From contig CAYMKC010000002.1 of NCBI GenBank assembly GCA_964391105.1, forward strand, positions 1 to 47,573: 47,573 nt of DNA, read 5' to 3'. This stretch comes from an uncultured Thermoplasmatales archaeon. Its GTDB lineage: Archaea; Thermoplasmatota; Thermoplasmata; Thermoplasmatales; GCA-001856825. The position numbers and the translations under genes are program-made. Below are positions 26,851 through 36,082 of the stretch, one piece after another; position 1 is the stretch's first letter; every line of letters begins with the position of its first letter. Under the pieces are notes generated by a model. That model saw nothing but the letters and a program-made list of their open reading frames with translations. It was not told the DNA's origin and did not search any database.

Positions 26851-27472
26851 GGCTACCTCCGTATTTGCAGATGTCTCTCAATCCACAGGCGTCGCAGTTC
26901 GGCGTTATCGGTTTGCATATCTGCTTCCCAAATTCGACGAAGTAAGAATTGACTTCATTCCACCGCCTCCTGGGGACCATTCGTTTGAGGATTTCTTCAG
27001 TTTTCTCTGGTTTTTCGGAATTCGAAAGACCCAGTCTTGTGGATATCCTTTGTACGTGGGTATCGACGGCTAGCCCGTCTCTTCCGACCCCTTCAGAAAG
27101 AACGATGTTCGCAACCTTCCTGCCTACTCCCGGCAGCTTCAACAGATCATCCATGGTGTCCGGCACTTTTCCATCAAAGTCGGAAAGCAGCATCTTGCAA
27201 GTCTTGGTTATGTCGTGCGATTTGTTCTTATAGAATCCCACAGGTCTTATGATGTCCTCAACCACGCTAGGCGATGCCCTGGCCAGTTTCTCAAGTGTAG
27301 GAAAGCGGCAGAAGAGTCTAAGACTAGCCCTATCCGTTACTTCGTCCCTTGTCCTCGTCGACATGATTCCAGTTATGAGTATCCTAAAGGCATCGTCCCA
27401 TATCGCAACGTGAGGTTCCACCATTTTCTCGATCTTGTCCAAGACAAGGTCTATATTCATTCTCGACTTCAA
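26834..27472 (-). CDS. nth: endonuclease III (HhH-GPD DNA glycosylase/AP lyase, FeS cluster)
   Basis: 'LLKLPGVGRKVANIVL' is the helix-hairpin-helix, and 'CKPITPNCDACGLRDIC' is the 4Cys cluster loop. Confidence 0.9.
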   Translation of the reverse strand: MKSRMNIDLVLDKIEKMVEPHVAIWDDAFRILITGIMSTRTRDEVTDRASLRLFCRFPTLEKLARASPSVVEDIIRPVGFYKNKSHDITKTCKMLLSDFDGKVPDTMDDLLKLPGVGRKVANIVLSEGVGRDGLAVDTHVQRISTRLGLSNSEKPEKTEEILKRMVPRRRWNEVNSYFVEFGKQICKPITPNCDACGLRDICKYGGSRENSS

Positions 27473-27542
27473 TTGCGCTGGAGTAATATAATATTGTGTC
27501 TAATTGGACAGTATTTTATACGTATCCTCGTTATCTTTTTGT

Positions 27543-28013
27543 ATGGATCAAAAGGCGAGAGGAATTCTGCCTCTGTCGAAGATTCTGGTTGCAATAGATG
27601 GAACGAAGCCATCGATGAGGGCTCTTGACATGGCGATCAGTCTTGTAAAGGTCGAAGGACACCTGGAGATGGATATCGTTATGGTGGTCCCATATCCAGT
27701 GCAGTACGTTACTGGCGAGAATCCGACGGGGGATCTCACTATTGTCGAGAGACTCGCGACTCTCAAGGAGAAGGGCGAAACCATTCTGAACCACGCTAAG
27801 GACTACTCGATTTCCAATGGGATATTGAATCTGAAGACCTACCTCAAGCAGGGAGAACCTGCGAGGGAGATTCTTGATCTCGCCGACTCGATAAAACCGG
27901 ACCTGATAGTCATCGGGAACAGAAGGAGAGGGTTCCTCAGAGGCGTATTCTTGGGATCGGTCAGCCAGAGAGTGGCCGCTGACTCGGAGTGCGCGGTCCT
28001 GGTTGTGAAATAG
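27543..28013 (+). CDS. universal stress protein (UspA family)
   Basis: 'KILVAIDGT' and 'LIVIGNRRRGFLRGVFLGSVSQRVAADSECAVLVVK'. A start at ATG 27543 is supported by TATA-like 'gtattttata' (27511-27520) ~27 nt upstream. The track's TTG 27504 start is unlikely. Confidence 0.8.
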   Translation: MDQKARGILPLSKILVAIDGTKPSMRALDMAISLVKVEGHLEMDIVMVVPYPVQYVTGENPTGDLTIVERLATLKEKGETILNHAKDYSISNGILNLKTYLKQGEPAREILDLADSIKPDLIVIGNRRRGFLRGVFLGSVSQRVAADSECAVLVVK

Positions 28014-28041
28014 ATTTTATATTCCCAATCATTAAGAAGCC

Positions 28042-28287
28042 ATGAAAGAGTTTCCTAACTTTAGTCTGAAAGAAGGCTCACACGTAAAGATATTCTTGAG
28101 GTCCGGAAACGAATCCAAGGTCTTGGAGGGGGAATTCAAAGGACTATCCGATACATTCCAGCCGCTCTTATACCTGGCGGACAAAGACAAGAATTATCTG
28201 ATCAATATGATGGACATCATATACATCGAAACGGGAGAGAAACTGGAGTCGATCGAGAAAGATAAAAAAGCTGACTACGTCTTTTAG
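28042..28287 (+). CDS. hypothetical small protein (81 aa)
   Basis: ORF with TATA-like 'attttatatt' (28014-28023) ~24 nt upstream. The beta-rich core 'SHVKIFLRSGNESKVLEGEFKGLSD..YLINMMDIIYIE' is vaguely Sm/SH3-barrel-like. No family assigned. Confidence 0.4.
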   Translation: MKEFPNFSLKEGSHVKIFLRSGNESKVLEGEFKGLSDTFQPLLYLADKDKNYLINMMDIIYIETGEKLESIEKDKKADYVF

Positions 28288-28353
28288 TGGCAATCAGGCT
28301 CTCCAGAAATATACTGGGAGAAAATATTTTTAACCATTTGCCATGTATATTCG

Positions 28354-28893
28354 TTGAAGTTAGGGGTCATGGCAAGGGATTTTAGAGTCTACAATAGACT
28401 GCTAACTCTTCTCAAAGGCATGAATGAACCCTTCATTTCTCTCCGACAATATGACAATTTCACTGACTTCGACGTAGTCTTTACGGACATGGACCTTAAG
28501 GGGAGCAACGTAGTGAAAACGAAGGGGCTCGAGGAATTCAGGTTGAAGCAACTGATAAGGTCAAAGAACTCAGAGAGGATAGTGGTAGGCATAGACCCGG
28601 GTCCTGCACCAGGAATAGCAACGCTCGCGAACAACGTCGTGATCGACAAGAGGGTCATCTACGACGTCAGCCAGATAAGGGACTACGTATCTCGCGTCAG
28701 CAAGGAGTGCAGGTACAGCAGCCTAATAATAAAGGTGGGGAATGGGGACCGGGGCTACAGGAACCAGATAATAAGGAGCCTGAGGGATTTCAGGCTTCAG
28801 ATCGTGGACGAGCGCGGTAGCTCAAGGACAGTAAAAAGAGGAGAAGACTCTGGCTCTGCCATCAACATCGCACTGAGCGACGATATTCTCTGA
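28354..28893 (+). CDS. putative RNase H-fold nuclease of the RuvC/YqgF(RuvX) type with an N-terminal extra domain
   Basis: 'IVVGIDPGPAPGIATL' resembles the first-strand Asp motif, and the C-terminal 'IVDERGSSRTVKRGE..SGSAINIAL' resembles the YqgF 'DERlTT..A....D..AA..IL' pattern. The start is TTG 28354 or ATG 28369. Confidence 0.4.
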   Translation: MKLGVMARDFRVYNRLLTLLKGMNEPFISLRQYDNFTDFDVVFTDMDLKGSNVVKTKGLEEFRLKQLIRSKNSERIVVGIDPGPAPGIATLANNVVIDKRVIYDVSQIRDYVSRVSKECRYSSLIIKVGNGDRGYRNQIIRSLRDFRLQIVDERGSSRTVKRGEDSGSAINIALSDDIL

Positions 28894-29655
28894 TCACTTC
28901 TTCCACTTGGGTCGTCTCTTCCTGGCATAGTAGCTCGCAATGAACATCACAGCAACAATGATCCCAAAGAACGCGAGTATGCCGATGTATATGTAGATAA
29001 GGTAGGGGTTTCCAGCCTGTATCTGAAACGTATAGGAACTACCATTCTGGAACTTTGCAATCGTGTTGTTAACGAGCACGTTCACGGTGTAGACTCCCGG
29101 AGAAAGCGACCCAGAAACCCACTCGTACGAGACGCTCTTTGTGGAGTTTTTGGAGATGTTGATCATCTCGCTTCCGACGTACTTGCCATTTACCTTGAAC
29201 GTGACATTTATCGAGTTGAGTGCAAACTGCGAGGGGTTCTGTATGGTCGCAGTGAGCGTGGTGAACTGTTTCACAGAAACCTTTGAAGTGAGATTGTAGT
29301 AGTACTTTGCATGTTTCGACATGTTGCCTATTACCTGGAACAATAGGTACATGGTGGTCTCGACACTAGGTGCTTTCACGTTAAAGACGGTTGGGCCGCT
29401 CGTTAGATCGGTCTTGTAGACTGGTGAAACGGGGGACGCTCCCGTAAGATTGTATCCAGAGACCAGCATTGTGATGGAGTAATTCGTGAATATCTGCTGC
29501 ACCATTACAGAGTAGTTGAACGAAGAGTTGATCGCAACAGCCGAGGGGCCGGTTACCGTTACGGGCCCCGAAGAGTTGGTGCTGGCACTAGCCGTCATGG
29601 CAAGTGCTGACCCCAGAAGTAGTGCGATCACAACGATGGTTATTAGGGCCCTCAT
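28894..29655 (-). CDS. type-I anchored, sequon-rich surface protein (signal peptide, beta-rich ectodomain, C-terminal TM, basic tail)
   Basis: Signal peptide 'MRALITIVVIALLLGSALAMTASA'. I count ~12 N-X-S/T sequons by hand in 253 aa. The C-terminus is 'IGILAFFGIIVAVMFIASYYARKRRPKWKK'. The ATG overlaps the stop of the giant aglB ORF (ATGA at 29652-29655). Confidence 0.6.
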   Translation of the reverse strand: MRALITIVVIALLLGSALAMTASASTNSSGPVTVTGPSAVAINSSFNYSVMVQQIFTNYSITMLVSGYNLTGASPVSPVYKTDLTSGPTVFNVKAPSVETTMYLLFQVIGNMSKHAKYYYNLTSKVSVKQFTTLTATIQNPSQFALNSINVTFKVNGKYVGSEMINISKNSTKSVSYEWVSGSLSPGVYTVNVLVNNTIAKFQNGSSYTFQIQAGNPYLIYIYIGILAFFGIIVAVMFIASYYARKRRPKWKK

Positions 29656-32600
29656 GTCCTGAACCTCCTTCTGAATATCAGCATCACAACTACCATCGCT
29701 AGTACTATGAATGCCACAAACGCATACATGTAATAATCCTGGGTCAGCGGAGAATATGCCGAAATTGTTCGTCCAGCTCCAGTTCCCTTGCTGACTTTAA
29801 GACTCGGGGTGAAGAGCTTTGCGGTGACGAGTTTGGTGGTGTTCCCGTAGCTGAGCAGTATAGTTACCTCCGTCCCGGCAAGTGGTTTTCCAGCCGTCGA
29901 ATTTATCAGTAGGTACGTTGTGTTGTTGGAATTGGCTCCAAGCTTTTTGGAGAAGGAACTGGAGTTGCTGAATGTGACCGTGACTCCATCTGCCTTGAGC
30001 TGTGCCGAGTTCAGGATCGTCGCGTTGACTTCAGTTTTGACGTTTCCCGAGTTGTATATAGTCATAGGGATTTTCATTACGTCTCCCGATATGCTCCCGG
30101 TGTTCGTGTTCACCTTCGCTGATATATTCTGGACCTGGGCTACGGTGACATTCACCTGAACGTTAGAATAGGTGTCTCCGTAGTAGACTATGATGTAGAC
30201 CGAGGTGTTTCCAGCCGATTCTTGGGCCGGGACCTTAAGTGTCACGTAAGTTTCCCCAGAAGAAAATGGAGCCAGGCTTATTCCAGTCCCGTTGACATAG
30301 AAAGTGGAAGAATTGCCGATCGTGAAGTTCAGGGGAATGTTTGCCTTGCTAGTAATGAGCAGGGGGAATGTGATAGATTGTCCCGTTTTGAGAATTGGGT
30401 TTCCTGCCTCGGCATCGAAGATGACTCTCTCCTCAGAATTTATCTTGAATGCAAGGGTGGCCGAGCTAACACCCGAAACTCTCACAATCTGGTCTATCGA
30501 GTAGTTGTCAAGGTGTCCGTAGTAGGTGTAGGTAGTCAGGCCCTCGAATGTGTAGGAACCGTTGGGCAGGTTTATCAAGCCAGAAGGTGGAAGATAGTAG
30601 TTTGCATTGCTTTTCAGCGCAACCATTCCTGTGTAGGAAGAGTTGTTCAGGAACGATCCGTAATTAAGCGGGTATGCCCTCTGAAGGGTGACGTTGAAGC
30701 TTACGTTCGAAGTCGAAACGTCAAATCCACCGAAGTACGCTAGGTTGCCCGAGGTAACGTATATGGAATAGTTGCCTACTGGTAAGTGGAGGGTCCCAGT
30801 ACTCAGTGTACCAGAAACGTTCTTTGCTCCCTGCATGTAGAAATTCCCTGTCGTAAGTGCCTTTCCGTTGTAGTAGTATCCTATAGTTACGTTAGACAGT
30901 ACCTCTTTCAGAGTTGCGTTCAGAGATACGGTTCTGGATGAAGAGATGTAGATGGATGAGGAAGCGAAGTAGACGTATGAGGAATTGTAGTTCTTGTCGA
31001 TCGTGAAGGTGTAGGTTCCCTTCGGGAGTAGTATGTAATGCCGCCACGTGATCAGTCCCGCTGCGGAGTTTATGGTGACGTTTCCCGAAGGAGATGTGTT
31101 TAGAGTGACGTTGTATGATGTCTGGAAATTGAGCGACACGTTGTAGCTGCTCGTAAGGTTCACCCGTTCAAGCGCTGCCTTGGTCCCGCTGTAGGCGTAA
31201 ACAGTATAGATGCCTATCGGGAGCGTATTGTTGAGAGTGGTGGACACGAGATTCCCATTCTGGAAGATGTATGTGTGTTGAGCGGGGTCTACGTACAATT
31301 TTGCCTTTATGAACAGCGTCACCGAGAATTTCTGGTCAGCACCACCTGTGACAACGTCTATGCTCTTCGAGGAGATTGTGATGTCTGTACCTGGCCTCGA
31401 GAAGGCGATCGAAAAATTCCCAGGGACCATTGATAGGTTGAAGTAGTGGGTTCCTCTGACAACATACTTTTGAGAACCGTTCAAGTATAGGGTTAAAGGC
31501 ACGCTCCCCGAGTAAGAGGCGTCAATGGATACGTTTACAGGCAGCACCTTGAGGTTGATCTGGGCTGATGTTGAGGTGAGTACCGCATATCCAGGTGATA
31601 TGAAACTGATATTGCTGATACTCTGGCCGTCCGTCAGGAAAAGCTGATATGACCCTCCCTTCTTGGAGAAGAAGTCGAAATATGGCTGCCCGTTGAGTTG
31701 CGTAGTTACGAGCCCAACTACGGTAGTTCTGCCGAACTTGGCGGTACCGTTCACTTGGTATCCGTTATAACCGTTCAGTGAGAGGTAAACGTTCTGATTG
31801 TTGACTGTAAAACTTGCGGCTCCAACGTACAGCTTAAAGTTGTAGTGAGAGTAAGTCACTATGCTGTACTGTCCAGCTGGAAGATATGTCGAGAAGTAAC
31901 CCGTTGCATTCCCAAAAAGTTCGACGTATGTGTTCGAACCAGTTATGGCTATGTTGGTGTTGTTCTGGCCAGTCCCGTTGACTCTGTATTGACCAGAGAC
32001 GAGGTAGGATTTCTGGAGGTTGAGGAAGACAGTCATAGGACCGGATATGTTCAGGATGTCCGTCGTCGAGTAATAGTTCCCCTCGTAGAAGATGTCAGAA
32101 TAGACCGTCAGTGCGGAGGCAGGAGCACCGTAGTTTGCGACCCCATTTGAGTCGGACATAATCGTCGTTGTACTGGCAGCTACATATGTTGCATTGTTTA
32201 TGACTATTGGGACGCTTACCCTGTTTCCATCTATCTCTGTTATGAAGGTTATCCTGTAAGAAGTGGTGAAGGCGAGGTTGAGATCCGCAGTGCTGTTGTT
32301 GGTGAGTTGGGTGGTGAAATTGGTCCACCTTCCACCGCTCTGGGCGCTAACGTTGTAGATTCCCGTAGGTAGGTAATATGCCTGGTCTGCAACCGTCAGT
32401 TTGTAGGTCGTGGAGAAATTTCCCCTGCTGAAAGTTATGTTTGCTCCAGAGGAGAGTGTCACTCCAGACTGTAGGCTCGCGTTCATTATACCATAATCCA
32501 GCGGGACGTCCTTTGACAACGTCTTTGAAGAGGCGGTCACTGAAGCGACATTGTTGTACCACTGCCCATAAGCATACACCGAAATCTTGTAGGTGTATGG

Positions 32601-35600
32601 TTGGACGTTGGATATCTGGTAGCTTCCGTTCCTGAGCGTACGCGTTGTGTAGGTAAGGTTGTAAGTGGAATTGTAGTACCTAACGGTTCCATTTACCGTC
32701 TGGTCAGTGCTCGAGTAGGACTTGCTCTTACCGAGGTTCAGGAAAACGACCCCGTTGACCTGGGTAGAATTGACGACCAGGTTGTGCGTGATGTTCCACG
32801 TGGGGCTTCCGTACTGGTTATAGCTAACCCTGTTGGCCTGAGCACTTGATATGGAAATGTTGTAGAAGCTTAGGGTCTTGTTCCCCAGCATGTAGAGTTG
32901 GTCCAAGGTACCTGTTGAATAGGTAACTGTGTCGTTGCCCGCAACCGCGTAGAGTGAATAATATCCGGTGGAATTGGTCAGAACAGACTCGTGAGGAATA
33001 CCGTACTGGTCAGTCAGCGTCACTCTGACACCCTGCACTGGTTCTCCCTTTGTGTTCGTTACCTGACCGCTTATGATCGCTCCCGGGTAGTAGTGGAGAA
33101 ATATGACGTCGCTTGAAAGAACGGATGCAGGTGGGAACAGGTCAACTGTTCCGTAGTGCTTTTGCATGAATGAATATCCCTGGTTCAGGGGGATCTCTTT
33201 CCAGGCATTCGTGTGGTTCTTATAATCGGTGTAAGGGTTCCAGAGCACCGTCTTGTAGGAAAGCTCAAAGTTGGACATACCCCAACCCTGCATTGCGGGA
33301 TATGAGGTGAGGTTTGAGGAGAATCCAGGAATGCCGCTGGAAGAACCAATTGCACTCGGCGGATAACCTATGAATCCTCTGTAGATGGTGCTGTTGTAGA
33401 ATGCCGGCGTATAGGTTATGCTGTAGCTTGCAGCCGTTGAACCGGACGGGAAATTCTGGAGTGCATAGGTGACTCCATTCGTTGAAGTTACGTTTATCGT
33501 GTAGAACTCTGATGGAATTATTTCGCCAGAAGCATTGATGTATGGGAAATCACCGAGATACGATGGTGCATAGAATATCCCTGTATTCGTTCCATTGAAT
33601 GGAAACAATCCATAGTCCACTGATATATAGCTCATCTGTTTGCTCGAAAGCTGTTCGATTGCAGAATAGAGGTTTATGAGTGTGTTCAGTGGATAGGTGT
33701 TGGTCAGGTAGTGCTCCATTGCTATATAGAGCGCATCTCCCCCCTGTATTGTCGATGAGTGATTGCCGTAGTAGTTTGGGTTCGCTTTGATCTGCGCAAT
33801 GATGCTATCCTGGTGCGGGATGCTCAGGGGGGTTTCCTCGAAATAGACAACGCTGCTTGTACCAGTCTGTCCAAGGTACTGGTTGAGTATTCGAAGCAAT
33901 GAGGTATTGTTAATGTCACCAGCTAGCGAATAGTTGTAGATCATCTGAGCGATCATAACCGATAGGATCTCGCTCTCGTTCTGAGCCAGCAGTATCTGGG
34001 CGGCGGGATAGATCCCGTCCTGGAAGTTATCCGCCATTACAGGGTGGTTCCCCTGCTCAAGCGTTTGGAAACCATAATCCCACCAGGAGATGAAAGCAGG
34101 TCTGTTGTTAGGCGATTGATTTGTATCCTGATTCTGGAACCAGGAAAGGGCCCTTCCCCACGGTTGCTGGGGAGTAGCGAGGCTCGCACCAAAAGCTCCC
34201 AGATAATATGGAGCAGAGTAATTGGTGGGTCTCAGGAATGTCGGGGTATCATTGTAGAGCTGGCGGTCGTATCCTGTCTTGTTGTTGTACGGGATGGCAG
34301 AATCTACTGCATAGAAAGTCGTAGGGACGATTAACAGGAAAACGACTATGAGTATTGCCGCATAGTGAGCAAATCTGAATTCTCTCCTGAGTGCATTCTT
34401 TACCGATCTTCCCTTTGACTTATCCACCGCCTCTTTGAATGCTAGGAGTTCAAACGCTCTGACTACGATATAGGCTGTCAATATTGATGCCGCTGTAGCT
34501 CCAAAGTAAAGGAACTTCGAAGCTATCATGCTGATGACTATTATGCCTCCGAAGTATACGAGTGCGATTGTAGTGCTGAACGTAGCAGTCCTGATCCATT
34601 TGTACACCAGATATGCAAGCCCTATGAACGTAGCGAAGAATGTGAATGCACCGAACTCTAGTAGGTCCTCTCCCAGCGGTAGTGCCTGAGCCTCTGCGAT
34701 CGTATCGTAAATCTTGTTCTTGACGAAATAGTGCTGCCCGGAGAGGATTGCATACAGGAATGTGTTGTCAAACTTGGCAAGAAGCAGTACTCCAACGACC
34801 GCAGCAACGACCAACACTCCTATCGATACCAACCAAGGACGCCTCTGCATTACCAGGAAATAGAGCGATACTAGTACTAGAACTCCCCATAGTATCAGGG
34901 GATAGTCGAATCTTATCGGGATAAAGTGAGCTACATAGTACCACGGGAATGCAACCAGGAAACCGAATCCGAAGAACAGGTTGGTGATAAAAATAGAGAG
35001 TGCGCTCTTTTTCTTGAGTGCGTAAATTGCAAGTTGTATCACTGCCGCTCCTACGAGCAACAGGATTAGTGAAATCGCTCCAACCCAGGTGAGCATCGTC
35101 GCTGCGAGAGATACGGCCGCAAGAAGCGCATAAGTAATTGAGATGGGATTGCTCCTTACTGATTGCACTAAGCTAGGCAGGAGTTTCGTCTCGTTGCCAT
35201 CGTACTTGAATGTGTTAACTGCTCTCAGGAAGTAGTATATGAACATCACGCTAAACAATGCTGTATAGATATCGAACAGGCCTATGGTGCCTATACTCTT
35301 CATCAGTGTTAGGGGAGACATGGCCACGAGGACTGCAGCTACGAGCCCTACCTTGTACCCGAACAATTCCTTGCCGAGGTAATAGGTCGGGAAAACTATG
35401 AACGCTCCCCCGATCGCAGTGCTGGCTAGGAACATGGTCATGGTGGACTTGAATACCCCGCCAAGGAACGGCGAGAATGCATACCCTAATAGGACAATCA
35501 GCCAATGGAAGAACGGTGGTCTAGGGTTCTCCAAACCTACAGGAAAGTTCAGGCTTTGATCAAATAACAGTTGATGGTGGGTGGACAGAATAAATTGCAC

Positions 35601-35804
35601 AATTCTCATGTTGTAGTAGGCGTCAGAACCTCCGGAAACGGCATAGCTAGCCTTCACCGCAGGACCGATCACGAAGAACAAACTGAGGAAAAGGGAGAAG
35701 AAGAAGGTTACCCCAAGGATAATCCCAGTCTTCGATTCCAAACTCAGATTGTTCACAGAGTTCGCTAGAGTCTTAATTCTGCTCGTTGCATCCATCAAGT
35801 CCAC
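29652..35804 (-). CDS. aglB: oligosaccharyltransferase AglB (STT3 family) fused to a ~1,100-aa sequon-dense beta-sandwich array and a C-terminal membrane anchor
   Basis: Uninterrupted 2,050-codon ORF, starting at GTG 35804 or ATG 35795. The N-terminal half is multi-TM. 'TIAE' lies at aa 368-371. 'WWDYG' lies at aa 574-578, nt 34085-34071, and was verified codon by codon. A C-terminal TM plus 'RRRFRT' ends the protein. Confidence 0.85.
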   Translation of the reverse strand: MDLMDATSRIKTLANSVNNLSLESKTGIILGVTFFFSLFLSLFFVIGPAVKASYAVSGGSDAYYNMRIVQFILSTHHQLLFDQSLNFPVGLENPRPPFFHWLIVLLGYAFSPFLGGVFKSTMTMFLASTAIGGAFIVFPTYYLGKELFGYKVGLVAAVLVAMSPLTLMKSIGTIGLFDIYTALFSVMFIYYFLRAVNTFKYDGNETKLLPSLVQSVRSNPISITYALLAAVSLAATMLTWVGAISLILLLVGAAVIQLAIYALKKKSALSIFITNLFFGFGFLVAFPWYYVAHFIPIRFDYPLILWGVLVLVSLYFLVMQRRPWLVSIGVLVVAAVVGVLLLAKFDNTFLYAILSGQHYFVKNKIYDTIAEAQALPLGEDLLEFGAFTFFATFIGLAYLVYKWIRTATFSTTIALVYFGGIIVISMIASKFLYFGATAASILTAYIVVRAFELLAFKEAVDKSKGRSVKNALRREFRFAHYAAILIVVFLLIVPTTFYAVDSAIPYNNKTGYDRQLYNDTPTFLRPTNYSAPYYLGAFGASLATPQQPWGRALSWFQNQDTNQSPNNRPAFISWWDYGFQTLEQGNHPVMADNFQDGIYPAAQILLAQNESEILSVMIAQMIYNYSLAGDINNTSLLRILNQYLGQTGTSSVVYFEETPLSIPHQDSIIAQIKANPNYYGNHSSTIQGGDALYIAMEHYLTNTYPLNTLINLYSAIEQLSSKQMSYISVDYGLFPFNGTNTGIFYAPSYLGDFPYINASGEIIPSEFYTINVTSTNGVTYALQNFPSGSTAASYSITYTPAFYNSTIYRGFIGYPPSAIGSSSGIPGFSSNLTSYPAMQGWGMSNFELSYKTVLWNPYTDYKNHTNAWKEIPLNQGYSFMQKHYGTVDLFPPASVLSSDVIFLHYYPGAIISGQVTNTKGEPVQGVRVTLTDQYGIPHESVLTNSTGYYSLYAVAGNDTVTYSTGTLDQLYMLGNKTLSFYNISISSAQANRVSYNQYGSPTWNITHNLVVNSTQVNGVVFLNLGKSKSYSSTDQTVNGTVRYYNSTYNLTYTTRTLRNGSYQISNVQPYTYKISVYAYGQWYNNVASVTASSKTLSKDVPLDYGIMNASLQSGVTLSSGANITFSRGNFSTTYKLTVADQAYYLPTGIYNVSAQSGGRWTNFTTQLTNNSTADLNLAFTTSYRITFITEIDGNRVSVPIVINNATYVAASTTTIMSDSNGVANYGAPASALTVYSDIFYEGNYYSTTDILNISGPMTVFLNLQKSYLVSGQYRVNGTGQNNTNIAITGSNTYVELFGNATGYFSTYLPAGQYSIVTYSHYNFKLYVGAASFTVNNQNVYLSLNGYNGYQVNGTAKFGRTTVVGLVTTQLNGQPYFDFFSKKGGSYQLFLTDGQSISNISFISPGYAVLTSTSAQINLKVLPVNVSIDASYSGSVPLTLYLNGSQKYVVRGTHYFNLSMVPGNFSIAFSRPGTDITISSKSIDVVTGGADQKFSVTLFIKAKLYVDPAQHTYIFQNGNLVSTTLNNTLPIGIYTVYAYSGTKAALERVNLTSSYNVSLNFQTSYNVTLNTSPSGNVTINSAAGLITWRHYILLPKGTYTFTIDKNYNSSYVYFASSSIYISSSRTVSLNATLKEVLSNVTIGYYYNGKALTTGNFYMQGAKNVSGTLSTGTLHLPVGNYSIYVTSGNLAYFGGFDVSTSNVSFNVTLQRAYPLNYGSFLNNSSYTGMVALKSNANYYLPPSGLINLPNGSYTFEGLTTYTYYGHLDNYSIDQIVRVSGVSSATLAFKINSEERVIFDAEAGNPILKTGQSITFPLLITSKANIPLNFTIGNSSTFYVNGTGISLAPFSSGETYVTLKVPAQESAGNTSVYIIVYYGDTYSNVQVNVTVAQVQNISAKVNTNTGSISGDVMKIPMTIYNSGNVKTEVNATILNSAQLKADGVTVTFSNSSSFSKKLGANSNNTTYLLINSTAGKPLAGTEVTILLSYGNTTKLVTAKLFTPSLKVSKGTGAGRTISAYSPLTQDYYMYAFVAFIVLAMVVVMLIFRRRFRT

Positions 35805-36046
35805 CGATTATTCGGGCTAATCAGAAACCACCATTAAAATCTTTGCAGTACATATTTGATTTCTGCGCAAATTTACGCGCATTCACCGAGTCAATTCTAT
35901 GCCATAATCGGGCGGTCAATCCAACAATTCTCCTAGACCTCAAGATGGGATTGAGATACACATAATAAAATGCATTATTGGTCGGTTGAACTCGAATCCT
36001 ACCAGGAGAGCTTTAATTCTGATGAAGTTAAAATCATTAACTCTGA

Positions 36047-36053
36047 TATAAAA
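36047..36053 (+). promoter_or_regulatory. TATA-like box for the zinc-ribbon gene pair
   Basis: 'tataaaa' lies 30-36 nt upstream of the GTG at 36083, within the 278-nt divergent region shared with aglB. Confidence 0.35.
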
Positions 36054-36082
36054 GATTAAATAGAGGCGCGAGGTATTTTACT

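Noticed and set aside
36020-36046. UGAUGA ... CUGA pair suggestive of a C/D-box sRNA
   Set aside because: Only one C/D pair is present, with 17-nt spacing. There are no C'/D' boxes and no terminal stem adjacent to the boxes. The region overlaps the TATA-like element of the zinc-ribbon gene.
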